A stretch of 64,000 nt of DNA from Candidatus Bathyarchaeia archaeon (lineage in GTDB: Archaea; Thermoproteota; Bathyarchaeia; Bathyarchaeales; Bathycorpusculaceae), in the NCBI GenBank assembly GCA_049515895.1, contig JBEKTQ010000001.1, forward strand, positions 32,001 to 96,000, given 5' to 3'. Positions within the stretch are counted from its first letter, which is position 1. Each line of letters begins with the position of its first letter. The position numbers and the translations under genes are program-made. This document shows positions 8,163 through 17,999 of this stretch, in pieces. The notes beneath the pieces are model-generated. The model saw only the letters and a list, made by a program, of their open reading frames with translations. It made no database searches and was not told the DNA's origin.

Positions 8163-10814
8163 TTATGGTCTTTTTCTCTGCATCAGAATTGCTAGTACGG
8201 CGATCCCTATGATTAATACGATGATTATTGCGATGACTCCGTACATGAGTGTGGTTTGTGTAGCTATTCCGCTAAGTGGCGTTGCCGTTGGTGCCTGTGT
8301 TGGTGCTGCAGCGCTAGCATAGAAGCCGGTGGAATCGGAAGATCCATAATAAGAACTTGAACCTGCAAACGTGGCGTACACAGTGTAGTTGCCTGCGATG
8401 TCGGGGGACCATGTAAACGCATAGTTGCCCAAAGCATTAGTCGTAGTTGTTCCGATTACTCTGTAGTTGTTATTTGAGTCTAAGACGGATAATGTAACTG
8501 GAACTCCAGTAATGTTGTTTGGCATTACCTGCTGCTCGTAAACAGCTTCCATGAACTGAGTCATACTTGCGTCAGAGACGGCTGGCAGTCCATTTGGGAA
8601 GTCTGATGCGACTGCCTCTTGTTTAGAGCCAGCAGAAACATCCCTCACTGAACCCGTTAGGGTTATTGGTGTAGCGGTTGTGACTCCGACGTCCGGAGCG
8701 TTAACTGTGGTTTTGCTCGGTCCTTGACCGAAGCAGTAGATTTGGTTGTCGTATGCATTTGCCACTACTAAGTATCCGTCTGCAAGCGCTGTGGAAGGAT
8801 TATTCGAATCTGGAAATTCAAGTATGCTCCATACTTCTTTTCCTGTGGCAGCGTTCAAGCAGTATAGTTGAGCTCCGCTGAATAGCGGCGGACTGTATTC
8901 ATGGCCGCCCATGACATAGAGATATCCGCCCCCTACGGCGTTGAGATACCAGATGGGGAAAATGTTATACGGAGTTGCATATGTGCCGTTTCCAGTGTTC
9001 CAAGTCCACATGAGAGCTCCAGTTGTAGCATTCATTGCGTAAACGTAGCCGCCTAAGTCCCCTGTAAACACTGTGTCGTAAGCTATGAGTGTACCTGTCT
9101 GGTATGAACCCCATTCGTCTCCTGTCGCGTTTAAGTATTCAGGGCCCCAGAGCTGTTTTCCCGTTGCACTACTGAAGGCGTTTAATGACAGCGATTCCAA
9201 ATAGACTTCTGTGTAAATTCCATTGTTAGCACCGTTAGCTGCTGACTGTCTTGAGAACGGCGTTACGGTTCGGTTAACTATCCATTGCTGTGCGCCATTA
9301 GTTAAGCTGTAGCCTGATTCGATTTGCCATGAAGTCCAACCAAGTTGGCCTGACCCAACTACAGCTGGGATGCTGTATAAAACGAGATTGTTGCCAGTAA
9401 AGTCCGGATAAGTAGGATAGCTAAGCGCCGGAGAGATAGCCACTGCTGTTCCGTTTGGTTCAGTAAAGGTAGTAGCTACTGGTGCTGCCCACATTATGCC
9501 TGATGACCATTGGATACTTGATCCTTGCACGGGTCTCCACTGCCAGCTTACTGCAGTGACTCCTGGGAAGTAGCCATTAGGATACTGAATTGCTTCGGAA
9601 GAGTTCCAACACTCAAGCATTCGACCGCCAGTAGGAGTGGTGACACGTGTCCCTTGGATTATCTGTGTGCCCGCGGTGGCGTTAACGTAGTAAGCTATCA
9701 TGTCCCCATTTGGATCGTTGATAAACTGGATACCTCCAGGACTATTGATAATATTCAATATCCAGTTGCCGGTCATGCCGTCGTACATCGACCACGTAGT
9801 GCCTAGATTGCCCCACAAGTATACGAGTCCTCCGTACTGATTTGGCGTTACGTAGTCAAGAACTTGACCGCATCTGAGTTGTGTTGTAGTTATGTTCTGT
9901 TCCCATAGCATTTTTCCCGTGAATAGGTCAATAGCTATCCAACCTTCAAGGCTTGTTGAAGCGCCCGGGTATGAATCGTAGTAGAGTACTCCGTTTATGA
10001 CAATTGGCGGTGCAAGTTTAGGTTCATACTGCGACGCAGAGTAATAGTTGGTGTATTCACTTGAGCCTGGAGGACTTCCATAGTTGCCTCCAATTAACCC
10101 TCCGATGGCAAACGGCGTTGTCCACATTATGTGTGCTGTTGAGGGACCAGTTGTGTACGGATTAAAGTCTTCGCTGGCATTGTAAACACTATTAAGTCTT
10201 AGCCCGAGTCCGTTTCCGAGCCAGTTTCCGGCAAGGTTGTACCAGGCAGTGTTCATTGCAAAAACTGGTGTCTGCCAGTAGCTTGTTGGAAGCGGGGTTG
10301 ATGGGTAGTTTGCTATCGGCGTCTGCTGAACATTCAAGTACTCTGTACTGCTAGTGCAAGGTTCAAAATAATCTCCGATTGATCCAGGATTGCTGGTGCC
10401 TGATGGTGCCGGATTCGCACCTGTTATTGTTTGGCCTGGAAAGCTGAAGACGAAGCCGTAGGTGCCGACTGTTGTAGGTATGTACGTAGTGTATGTTCCG
10501 CCTGTATCATCAGATATAAATGGCCCCAAGGTCTGGGTGGTTCCGTCAGGCTTTGTAACTGTAACTTTGAGGTTCTGCCATTCGTCGCCGTAAGCTCCGT
10601 TGGCCGTTGGCGTTGGCTTGTCGACCCACATGTTAATGTATGCTGTTTGACCGACTCCAATAGGGCTAGGTCCAACGTTAATGAAGCCGTATGTCGTTAT
10701 GTTTAGCCCAACTGTTGCTTTGGCGTTTTGTAAAAGCATCGTTGAAGCTCCCATTGAAATTGTTAATATTGCTGCAATCAAAATAGCGATAGTTCTACTT
10801 TTTAGCGATTTCAT
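8163..10814 (-). CDS. Large secreted PQQ-binding-like beta-propeller surface protein with C-terminal TM anchor
   Basis: Signal peptide; repeats YAMNATTGALMW, YCLNAATGKEVW, AYDNQIYCFG; Ig-like C-terminal region; Thr/Pro linker, TM and RKRP. Confidence 0.9.
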   Translation of the reverse strand: MKSLKSRTIAILIAAILTISMGASTMLLQNAKATVGLNITTYGFINVGPSPIGVGQTAYINMWVDKPTPTANGAYGDEWQNLKVTVTKPDGTTQTLGPFISDDTGGTYTTYIPTTVGTYGFVFSFPGQTITGANPAPSGTSNPGSIGDYFEPCTSSTEYLNVQQTPIANYPSTPLPTSYWQTPVFAMNTAWYNLAGNWLGNGLGLRLNSVYNASEDFNPYTTGPSTAHIMWTTPFAIGGLIGGNYGSPPGSSEYTNYYSASQYEPKLAPPIVINGVLYYDSYPGASTSLEGWIAIDLFTGKMLWEQNITTTQLRCGQVLDYVTPNQYGGLVYLWGNLGTTWSMYDGMTGNWILNIINSPGGIQFINDPNGDMIAYYVNATAGTQIIQGTRVTTPTGGRMLECWNSSEAIQYPNGYFPGVTAVSWQWRPVQGSSIQWSSGIMWAAPVATTFTEPNGTAVAISPALSYPTYPDFTGNNLVLYSIPAVVGSGQLGWTSWQIESGYSLTNGAQQWIVNRTVTPFSRQSAANGANNGIYTEVYLESLSLNAFSSATGKQLWGPEYLNATGDEWGSYQTGTLIAYDTVFTGDLGGYVYAMNATTGALMWTWNTGNGTYATPYNIFPIWYLNAVGGGYLYVMGGHEYSPPLFSGAQLYCLNAATGKEVWSILEFPDSNNPSTALADGYLVVANAYDNQIYCFGQGPSKTTVNAPDVGVTTATPITLTGSVRDVSAGSKQEAVASDFPNGLPAVSDASMTQFMEAVYEQQVMPNNITGVPVTLSVLDSNNNYRVIGTTTTNALGNYAFTWSPDIAGNYTVYATFAGSSSYYGSSDSTGFYASAAAPTQAPTATPLSGIATQTTLMYGVIAIIIVLIIGIAVLAILMQRKRP

Positions 10815-11328
10815 TTTTCTTTTTTCTCCTAAATCTTATTTTGTGTTGAGAAGAAGCATAAATAGCACACTTCCCAACATCCTCGCTCATAACCTAATTC
10901 AGTATTAAATAGCTTTCCAAAATCAACGTTAAGAGAGAAATTTAACTTGAGAAGACGAAAATAAGTTCCGTGAGCCTAGACAAAGTCTCCGTTGAATGTG
11001 GGCTCGCGGAACGGCTCTTTGAAAGTTAACCGTTTATTTAGCTGCATACTGAGTTCATCTGCTTCTTTGCCTGTTTCAGCTTATCTCGAACTAAGCGAGA
11101 TTTCTAGAGATTTCTAGACGCAACCTACAACCAATGCAAGCCCCAAACCAGAAAAGCAACCTAAAACACAAAGAACAAAATGCCAGAATTTCTATACGCT
11201 TGCCTTGTCGTACGGTTTTATTTTTTGTCTCTCGCGAGATATTGGAATATCTGTTTGTATGACGCGGCGGCGCAACATTTTTAGCATCGACATGACTGGT
11301 GGAACAAAACGTTGAGAAGTGAACTCTG

Positions 11329-11562
11329 ATGGTACGTGCATTTATGTTCCTAAACGTTGCGCCTGGTTCGGAAGCAACTGTGCTTGGGCACCTTAAGACA
11401 CTTGGAGCTGTGGAAGAAGCCTACGTTTCATATGGCGTATATGACATAATCATAAGGGTCAAGGCAGAATCGCCGAAAGAGCTCAAAGACGTGGTGACGA
11501 GACAGATCAGAAGTATCGATGGGGTACTATCCACTCTGACATTACTGATGACTGAAGAATAA
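11329..11562 (+). CDS. Stand-alone Lrp/AsnC ligand-binding domain protein
   Basis: AFMFLNVAPG..VEEAYVSYGVYDIIIRV..IRSIDGVLSTLTL. Confidence 0.9.
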   Translation: MVRAFMFLNVAPGSEATVLGHLKTLGAVEEAYVSYGVYDIIIRVKAESPKELKDVVTRQIRSIDGVLSTLTLLMTEE

Positions 11563-11727
11563 ACAAATCGAAAATAGCCTTAGCGAATATCGAAATCGGC
11601 TCTTGCATGCGCTGTTATCCCACACTAACCACAAACGTAAACTTGAGTTTGGGAAACCTACTCATTTAAAATTTAATAAGCTAATGTAAACTAATTCTTT
11701 CAAAAGTGACTCAGCGTCGTTGATTTA

Positions 11728-14337
11728 ATGCCGGAAAACCAGGAAATCCTCGCTCTTCCAGTTGACGAGGTTCTAGCAAAGCTGAAGACTTCCCAGTCTG
11801 GGCTATCCTCACAGGAGGTTCAAATCCGACTTGCAACTTATGGCCCCAACGAACTTGCTGAGAAACAGAAGCGCACGGGCCTTGTTGAAATCCTATACCA
11901 CCTGAGAAACCCGCTCGTGCTTATCCTTCTGATTGCAGGTTTAATCTCTGCATTTGTGGGCGAGGTAACCAACGCTGTCATAATTTTCTTCATCGTGCTT
12001 CTCAGCATCATCCTAGACGTGTACCAAGAAACAAAAGCTCAGAACGCTGCTGAAAAGCTCAAAGAAAGAGTAACCACAAAGGCGACAGCTCTTCGAGATG
12101 GGCTTAAACAGGAAGTGAAACTTTCTGAAATCGTTCCGGGAGACATCGTGTATCTGATGGCAGGGGACCTTGTGCCCGCTGACGCGAGGCTAATCAGCGC
12201 GAAGGATTTGAACCTTAATCAATCAGCCTTAACAGGCGAAGCATTTCCAGTTGAAAAGAATGCTAATCACCTTTCAACCAGCACTGCTGAGGTGACTAGT
12301 TGGAGCAATTATGTTTTCTTGGGAACATCGGTGGTTAGCGGAACTGGAACCGCGGTCGTTGTGAATACTGGGGGCTCAACTCAGTACGGTGGAATTGCCA
12401 AAGAACTCGTTGGTAAGGCGACGGAAACCGAGTTTGAGAAGGGACTTAGGCGTTTCGGAGCCTTAATGACTGAGGTCACACTCTTTCTAGTTATTTTCGT
12501 GTTTTTTGTAAACGCGTTCTTCTTTTTGGGCAGCCGCAGCATTTTAGATTCACTTCTTTTCGCTGTGGCACTGGCGGTGGGCCTGACGCCGGAGCTATTA
12601 CCTATGATAATGTCCATTAACCTATCCAGAGGCGCCGTGGCCATGGCCCAAAAAGGCGTTATCGTAAAAAGGTTGGCCTCTATCCAGAACTTCGGCAACA
12701 TGGATGTTTTATGCACGGACAAAACCGGCACGCTTACCGAAAACAAGCTAACCTTAAACGATTACGAAGATTTAGAGGGAAAGCAATCTCCGAAAGTATT
12801 GATGTATGCTTACTTTAACAGCGTTCTTGAAGCAGGACTGAAAAGCCCTCTGGACGACGCAGTGGTTCAGTACAAGCAGTTCGACGTAACGGGTATCACT
12901 AAAATTGACGAGATCCCCTTTGACTTTATCCGCAGACGTGTTTCGGTGGTGGTTGAATACGAAGGGCAAAGACTCCTAATCGCCAAAGGCGCCGCTGAAG
13001 AAATTCAAAAGATTTGCACTTTCTGCGAAACAGACGAAAAAGTCAGCGACTTCGCAAATGTTTGCCAAAGCATGTTTAACCAGAAATACATGGACCTCAG
13101 TGCTCAGGGATACAGGGTTTTAGCAGTCGCATACAAAAAAGTCACAGACAACAAAACACACTACACCATAGGCGACGAAACCGACATGATCTTTTTAGGT
13201 TTCTTGTCTTTTCTAGATCCTCCTAAAGAAAGCGCCAAAGAATCTATCCGTTTGCTGGCCAGAGATGGCGTGGAACTCAAAATAGTTACTGGCGACAACG
13301 AGTTAGTCACAAAAACGACTTGTGAACAGTTAGGCTTTAACATAAAGGGCATCATCCTCGGAAACGACATTGCCCAGCTCCAAGACGACGCCTTAGCCCG
13401 AGTCGTGGAGGACAACAACATTTTTGCCCGCGTCAATCCAGCTCAGAAAGACAGAGTAATCAAGGCCTTACGGTCAAACGGGCACGTAGTTGGATACATG
13501 GGCGACGGCATAAACGACGCTCCGTCCCTGAAAACTGCGGACGTAGGCATATCAGTTGAGAACGCCGTGGACGTCGCGAAAGAATCTGCGGACCTCATCC
13601 TTCTGCAGCCCGACCTAAAGGTGCTCGATCAAGGCGTCTTGGAAGGTAGGAAAACTTTCGGCAACACCATGAAGTACATCATAATGGGCGTGAGCTCAAA
13701 CTTCGGCACCATGTTCAGCGTAGCCGCCGCGTCTTTGTTTCTGAGCTTTTTGCCCATGACAGCAATTCAGATTCTCCTAAACAACCTCCTGTATGACCTC
13801 TCCGAAGCCACTATCCCCACCGACAACGTAGACGAGGAATATATTGGAAAACCCAAAAGACTGAACATCTCCTACATAAGAAGGTTCATGGTGATCATGG
13901 GACCCGTAAGCTCCATCTTTGATTTTCTGACTTTCTTCTTATTGCTTTTTGTCTTCAGGGTAACAGGTCACATTTTTCAAACAGCATGGTTTGTCGAATC
14001 TCTTTCAACGCAAACGCTAGTAGTTTTTGTCTTGAGAACCAGAAAAACGCCATTTTACAAAAGCAAACCGGGCAAATACTTGCTGATAAGCAGCTTAGCT
14101 GTCGTTGCAACCACGTTCGCGTTGCCGTACACCCCTCTCGGCGCCATATTCCAGTTTGTGCCTCCCCCTACAATGTTCTATCCTGCACTGGCAGGGCTAA
14201 TAGCCGGCTACATATTCTTGGTTGAAGTCGTCAAAAAATGGTTCACTAAACGATTCGCTTACCTACTAGAACAGGAATATGTCCCGATAAAAGCAAAACT
14301 GGCTGATCCAACACCGAAACATGTTGAGGCGACGTAA
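11728..14337 (+). CDS. mgtA: Magnesium-translocating P-type ATPase (P3B)
   Basis: DKTGTLT phosphorylation motif, LTGE, GLTPELLP, IDEIPFDF.RRR, GDGIND, NNLLYD. Confidence 0.93.
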   Translation: MPENQEILALPVDEVLAKLKTSQSGLSSQEVQIRLATYGPNELAEKQKRTGLVEILYHLRNPLVLILLIAGLISAFVGEVTNAVIIFFIVLLSIILDVYQETKAQNAAEKLKERVTTKATALRDGLKQEVKLSEIVPGDIVYLMAGDLVPADARLISAKDLNLNQSALTGEAFPVEKNANHLSTSTAEVTSWSNYVFLGTSVVSGTGTAVVVNTGGSTQYGGIAKELVGKATETEFEKGLRRFGALMTEVTLFLVIFVFFVNAFFFLGSRSILDSLLFAVALAVGLTPELLPMIMSINLSRGAVAMAQKGVIVKRLASIQNFGNMDVLCTDKTGTLTENKLTLNDYEDLEGKQSPKVLMYAYFNSVLEAGLKSPLDDAVVQYKQFDVTGITKIDEIPFDFIRRRVSVVVEYEGQRLLIAKGAAEEIQKICTFCETDEKVSDFANVCQSMFNQKYMDLSAQGYRVLAVAYKKVTDNKTHYTIGDETDMIFLGFLSFLDPPKESAKESIRLLARDGVELKIVTGDNELVTKTTCEQLGFNIKGIILGNDIAQLQDDALARVVEDNNIFARVNPAQKDRVIKALRSNGHVVGYMGDGINDAPSLKTADVGISVENAVDVAKESADLILLQPDLKVLDQGVLEGRKTFGNTMKYIIMGVSSNFGTMFSVAAASLFLSFLPMTAIQILLNNLLYDLSEATIPTDNVDEEYIGKPKRLNISYIRRFMVIMGPVSSIFDFLTFFLLLFVFRVTGHIFQTAWFVESLSTQTLVVFVLRTRKTPFYKSKPGKYLLISSLAVVATTFALPYTPLGAIFQFVPPPTMFYPALAGLIAGYIFLVEVVKKWFTKRFAYLLEQEYVPIKAKLADPTPKHVEAT

Positions 14338-15140
14338 TGGCAAAACCGATTGGAACCATGCCTGTTCTATTCATTGGACATGGTTCACCGATGAACATAG
14401 TCTTGGACAACAGCTACACCCAGAGCATAGTCAAATTAGCCAAACAACTCCCCAAGCCTAGAGCGATACTGGTAATATCGGCTCATTGGCTGACAAACGG
14501 CACTTACGTTACATGCGTTAACAAGCCTAAGACTATCTACGATTTCTATGGTTTCCCAGACGAATTGTACCGCGTAAACTATCCGAGCCCTGGCTCACCA
14601 GAAAACGCCGAACTAGCGATAAAAACTGTAAAATCAACGGAGATAAAGTGCGGAGACTGGGGATTGGATCACGCAGCCTGGGCTGTCTTGAAACATATAT
14701 ACCCCGCTGCCGACGTTCCAGTTTTCGAGATGAGTTTGGACTACTCACCTTACAACAATTGGAACCCGAAGTCTCTGGAGCTTCATTACAAGTTAGGTTC
14801 AGAGCTTGCTCCTTTGAGAGAGAAGGGGGTTCTTATTATCGGAAGCGGGAACATTGTTCATAACTTGGGGCTTATTGATTTTGACGTTGATGCTAAACCT
14901 GTTGAGTGGGCCGTGAAATTTGACAGGGAAATCAAGCAAGCCCTTGTTTCAGGTACTCATGAACGCCTTATCAAATACCTTGGCTTTGGAAAAGAAGCAT
15001 TGTATGCCGTGCCAACTCTGGATCATTATCTGCCGATGATTTACGCGATTGGACTCCAAAAGAAAGAGGATAAGTTAGAGTTCATCCATGAAGGTTTTCA
15101 GTATGGCTCAATTTCAATGAGAGCCTTTCAAATAAGATAA
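14337..15140 (+). CDS. ygiD: 4,5-DOPA dioxygenase extradiol (LigB family, YgiD-like)
   Basis: LFIGHGSPMN, ISAHW, TIYDFYGFP, GLDHAAW, GSGNIVHNL, PTLDHYLP; TAATG overlap with mgtA. Confidence 0.88.
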   Translation: MAKPIGTMPVLFIGHGSPMNIVLDNSYTQSIVKLAKQLPKPRAILVISAHWLTNGTYVTCVNKPKTIYDFYGFPDELYRVNYPSPGSPENAELAIKTVKSTEIKCGDWGLDHAAWAVLKHIYPAADVPVFEMSLDYSPYNNWNPKSLELHYKLGSELAPLREKGVLIIGSGNIVHNLGLIDFDVDAKPVEWAVKFDREIKQALVSGTHERLIKYLGFGKEALYAVPTLDHYLPMIYAIGLQKKEDKLEFIHEGFQYGSISMRAFQIR

Positions 15141-15179
15141 CAAACACAAAAAAAACATTTTCATTTTTGAGAAAAGCTC

Positions 15180-15734
15180 TTAGCCACGCAGGTTTAGAGG
15201 CTTTTTGAATATTTCTTCTCGCCACTTACGTTCCCAACTTGCCCAACCAGTCTTCACAAGACTTTCTCTCAGATGAGGCTTCTCAGCAACCCACTCCAAA
15301 AAGGTCCAGAACCGTCTTTTGGTTTGGAGCATTTCCTTAGGCACACCTTTTTCTTCGCACCATCTGATGTAGCCATTTTCAACCATCTGTTTAAGCGCGA
15401 GTGGCGACTCGACTTTTTGCACTTTGAAGCCTATTCCTTCCAAGTGCTCGATAACGCTGGATAAGACGTATTCTGAACAAACTTTAAAGCAGGTTTCACC
15501 GTCGGGCTGCATGACGGCAACAATCTCATCCGCAATCTTTACCGCGTCATCTAGGTATTTTTTGTTTTTAAAGTTTGGCGGCTGAAAGGAAGAAGTGGAG
15601 ATTCTGCGCTCCATCAACATAGCGTCCGGAGGCTTAAGCGCGCCTACTACCACGCCCAATAATAGATCGCTCCAACCTGCAGCATCTATCAAAATCGTTT
15701 TTCCAGGAAGGAAACAGTCTAATGCCAAACTCAA
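15180..15734 (-). CDS. Hypothetical protein, possible RNase H-like fold
   Basis: N-terminal ILIDAAGWSDLLLGVVVG resembles the RNase HII first strand (IDEAGRG); ends with VKTGW. Confidence 0.7.
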   Translation of the reverse strand: MSLALDCFLPGKTILIDAAGWSDLLLGVVVGALKPPDAMLMERRISTSSFQPPNFKNKKYLDDAVKIADEIVAVMQPDGETCFKVCSEYVLSSVIEHLEGIGFKVQKVESPLALKQMVENGYIRWCEEKGVPKEMLQTKRRFWTFLEWVAEKPHLRESLVKTGWASWERKWREEIFKKPLNLRG

Positions 15735-15952
15735 TCACCAAGACTATGGAATATTTAAGGTGCGTCTGTTTTTCTGTCTTTTGTTTATTGGTTCTTTCAA
15801 GAGCATCAAGAATCAGAAACTGAATCAAGAAGACCGTGGGACAAAAACAAAAGATGACAATTCAAACTTGCCCCTAAAATAGGGCAAAACGGTCATTCTA
15901 AATTTGCCACTAATGATTAATTGCCTTCGCGGCTGGGGGGAACCTGCCCGTT

Positions 15953-16159
15953 TTATGAAAAACCTTGATGTTGCTGTCGCATTGTTGTTTTTGGTGGTAG
16001 CCCAGGATTCAACCGGTTGTTTTCCTCCCCGAAATCTAAGCGCAATAGCATGTGCCTACACTTGTCATTTCTGCAACCATACAATATCAGGTTAGGATTG
16101 CCATAATTAACCCTCAAGACTTCGCCCTCCGATTTGCAGTTTTGACAGCGGGCAGACAT
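15953..16159 (-). CDS. Small Zn-ribbon protein
   Basis: MSARCQNCK...YGCRNDKCRH (CxxC..CxxxxC); start uncertain (ORF extends to 16249). Confidence 0.5.
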   Translation of the reverse strand: MSARCQNCKSEGEVLRVNYGNPNLILYGCRNDKCRHMLLRLDFGEENNRLNPGLPPKTTMRQQHQGFS

Positions 16160-16414
16160 TACTTGATTGTCCGAAAGGTATCCATCCGCTAGAAAAACGC
16201 TCCATGGTTTGTCCTTACTAATACCTAACAATTGAAAACCAACTTCCAAAAGAAGATTTTCTTAAAGCTCTAAGAGATAATATCGGCGTGACTAAAATTA
16301 ATTTGTGGTCACAAAGAGATGTAACATTTTTGAACAAATTCAGCATGAAAATTTCTTTTACAGCACGTAATCCTTTTATCGTGCAATTCCAACCGTTTGA
16401 AATGTGCATCCGAA

Positions 16415-16558
16415 ATGGTTAAGTGTCCTAGGTGCAGAGCAGAATTTACTAAGCTCCACAAGAAAATAGAGAATCCATATTTCTCATTGGCGTATTACAC
16501 TTGTGAAGACTGCGGTCATGTTTTCAAGGTGGCGCGCGTTGTATATCCAACTGCCTAA
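16415..16558 (+). CDS. 47-aa Zn-ribbon microprotein (not in ORF track)
   Basis: MVKCPRCRAEFTKLHKKIENPYFSLAYYTCEDCGHVFKVARVVYPTA*; two CxxC knuckles. Confidence 0.7.
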   Translation: MVKCPRCRAEFTKLHKKIENPYFSLAYYTCEDCGHVFKVARVVYPTA

Positions 16559-16736
16559 TTCTCAAGCAAAAAATGTATGTAGAATTATGGATATAGAAAC
16601 CGCGATCAGGGGCTTTTAGTAATCCATAAACCACAAAAGCCTATTTCGTAATCTCATCTCTCTGATTTTCTATAAGTGCCTTCGTATGTGAGTTGTGTTT
16701 CAACTTTTACAATAGATAGTGTGCTTGTGGGATCGT

Positions 16737-17084
16737 TTAAACTGTCTGCTGAGACTCAAGTAGAATATCTTTGCCTTCAACCTTCACGACATAAGCAGGT
16801 TCATCTTTGATCTTTGGGTGCATTAAAGGAACCTTTGGACCAGAGACAACTTTCCCGGTTGTGACATCAAATTTAGCCTTATGCTTGGGGCAAGTCAATA
16901 TATTTCCTTCTAGCATTCCTTTTGAAAGGTCGCCCTTCATATGTGTGCAGCCATTTCCGATGGCGTAATAGACATTGTTTACATTGGCGATCAAGACTTC
17001 TTTTTCGGCAAGCTTTACGATCTTCATTTGTCCCAAGGGTATTTCCGAGGTGTCAGCAACTTTAACAAGAGTCACTTTTTTCAA
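16737..17084 (-). CDS. Rieske [2Fe-2S] ferredoxin
   Basis: CTH(x17)CPKH ligands, FDVTTG; SD GAGGGG before TTG. Confidence 0.9.
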   Translation of the reverse strand: MKKVTLVKVADTSEIPLGQMKIVKLAEKEVLIANVNNVYYAIGNGCTHMKGDLSKGMLEGNILTCPKHKAKFDVTTGKVVSGPKVPLMHPKIKDEPAYVVKVEGKDILLESQQTV

Positions 17085-17126
17085 CTCCCCTCATCATTCT
17101 TTCTCTCCTCACTCTTCTACCAAACG

Positions 17127-17759
17127 CTAATTGCTTATTGCTGGTGCTTGGTTCACGTATTCCATGTTGTCTATTTGTTTGAGCATGAAATCTGCGATGT
17201 CTGAGCGGGAAATCCACATTTCTACTTTACCGTCGCCAACATAGCCTGCTTTGACATTTCCAGATTTTGGATTGTTGTTAAGCATTGTTAAGCGGACGAT
17301 TGTCCAGTCAAGATCGGAGTTGCGCACGGCTTCCGCAGCATTCACTATGTCTTCGTAAGCTCCATGCATCGTAGTTTTAACTAGATTGACCATGGCTTTG
17401 GTTCGGAGGTTAGGCTTGTCGTTTGGATCCTTTGCACTGAGGGTTGAGGTCATAATTAGTCTACGCACCCCTTGCTTCTTCATTGCGACGATAATATTTT
17501 GTATTCCATGCGTTATCGGCTTGTTCTTTGAGCTTCCTCGCGGACCCAATGTACTAAGCACTGCGGTAACTCCTTGTATTGCGTTTTCAATCAAGGCTTG
17601 ATCGGCCAATTCACCCTGAACAACCGTTAAGTGCTCATGGGTGATGTTGAACTTAGATGGGTTACGTGCATAGGCGACCACTTCGTATCCTGCTGCCAGA
17701 GCCTGCTCCACAACCTGCTTTCCCGTGCCGCCTGTTGCGCCAAAAACAGCAATTTTCGT
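17127..17759 (-). CDS. NAD(P)H-binding atypical SDR (flavin/biliverdin reductase B-like), apparent ACG start
   Basis: Rossmann KIAVFGATGGTG lies upstream of the tracked GTG; SD GGTGGAG precedes ACG-AAA-ATT; LDWTIVR and ISRSDIA motifs. Confidence 0.8.
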   Translation of the reverse strand, partial: TKIAVFGATGGTGKQVVEQALAAGYEVVAYARNPSKFNITHEHLTVVQGELADQALIENAIQGVTAVLSTLGPRGSSKNKPITHGIQNIIVAMKKQGVRRLIMTSTLSAKDPNDKPNLRTKAMVNLVKTTMHGAYEDIVNAAEAVRNSDLDWTIVRLTMLNNNPKSGNVKAGYVGDGKVEMWISRSDIADFMLKQIDNMEYVNQAPAISN

Positions 17760-17999
17760 TAATACTCCACCAAACTTCGACTAATTGGCTCCTCGCATAA
17801 ATCTTTTGCCTAAATCAGTTAGTTACAAAAGTAAGTTCCTAGAGCAAAAATCCTCAAAGAAACCGCAATTACGGCATGATTTCGTTTAGGATCCTTTGAA
17901 AACACCAAAAAAAGGGAAGAAATTGCGGAAAGGGAGACTTCTCCATTGGAAGGTTTATTATAGACTGAGATGACGCTATTTTACTGAGCCGTGTAATTC

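Noticed and set aside
11563-11727. Mg2+ riboswitch (M-box) or MgtL-like leader before mgtA
   Set aside because: AT-rich promoter-like DNA with no recognisable structure or Pro-rich uORF
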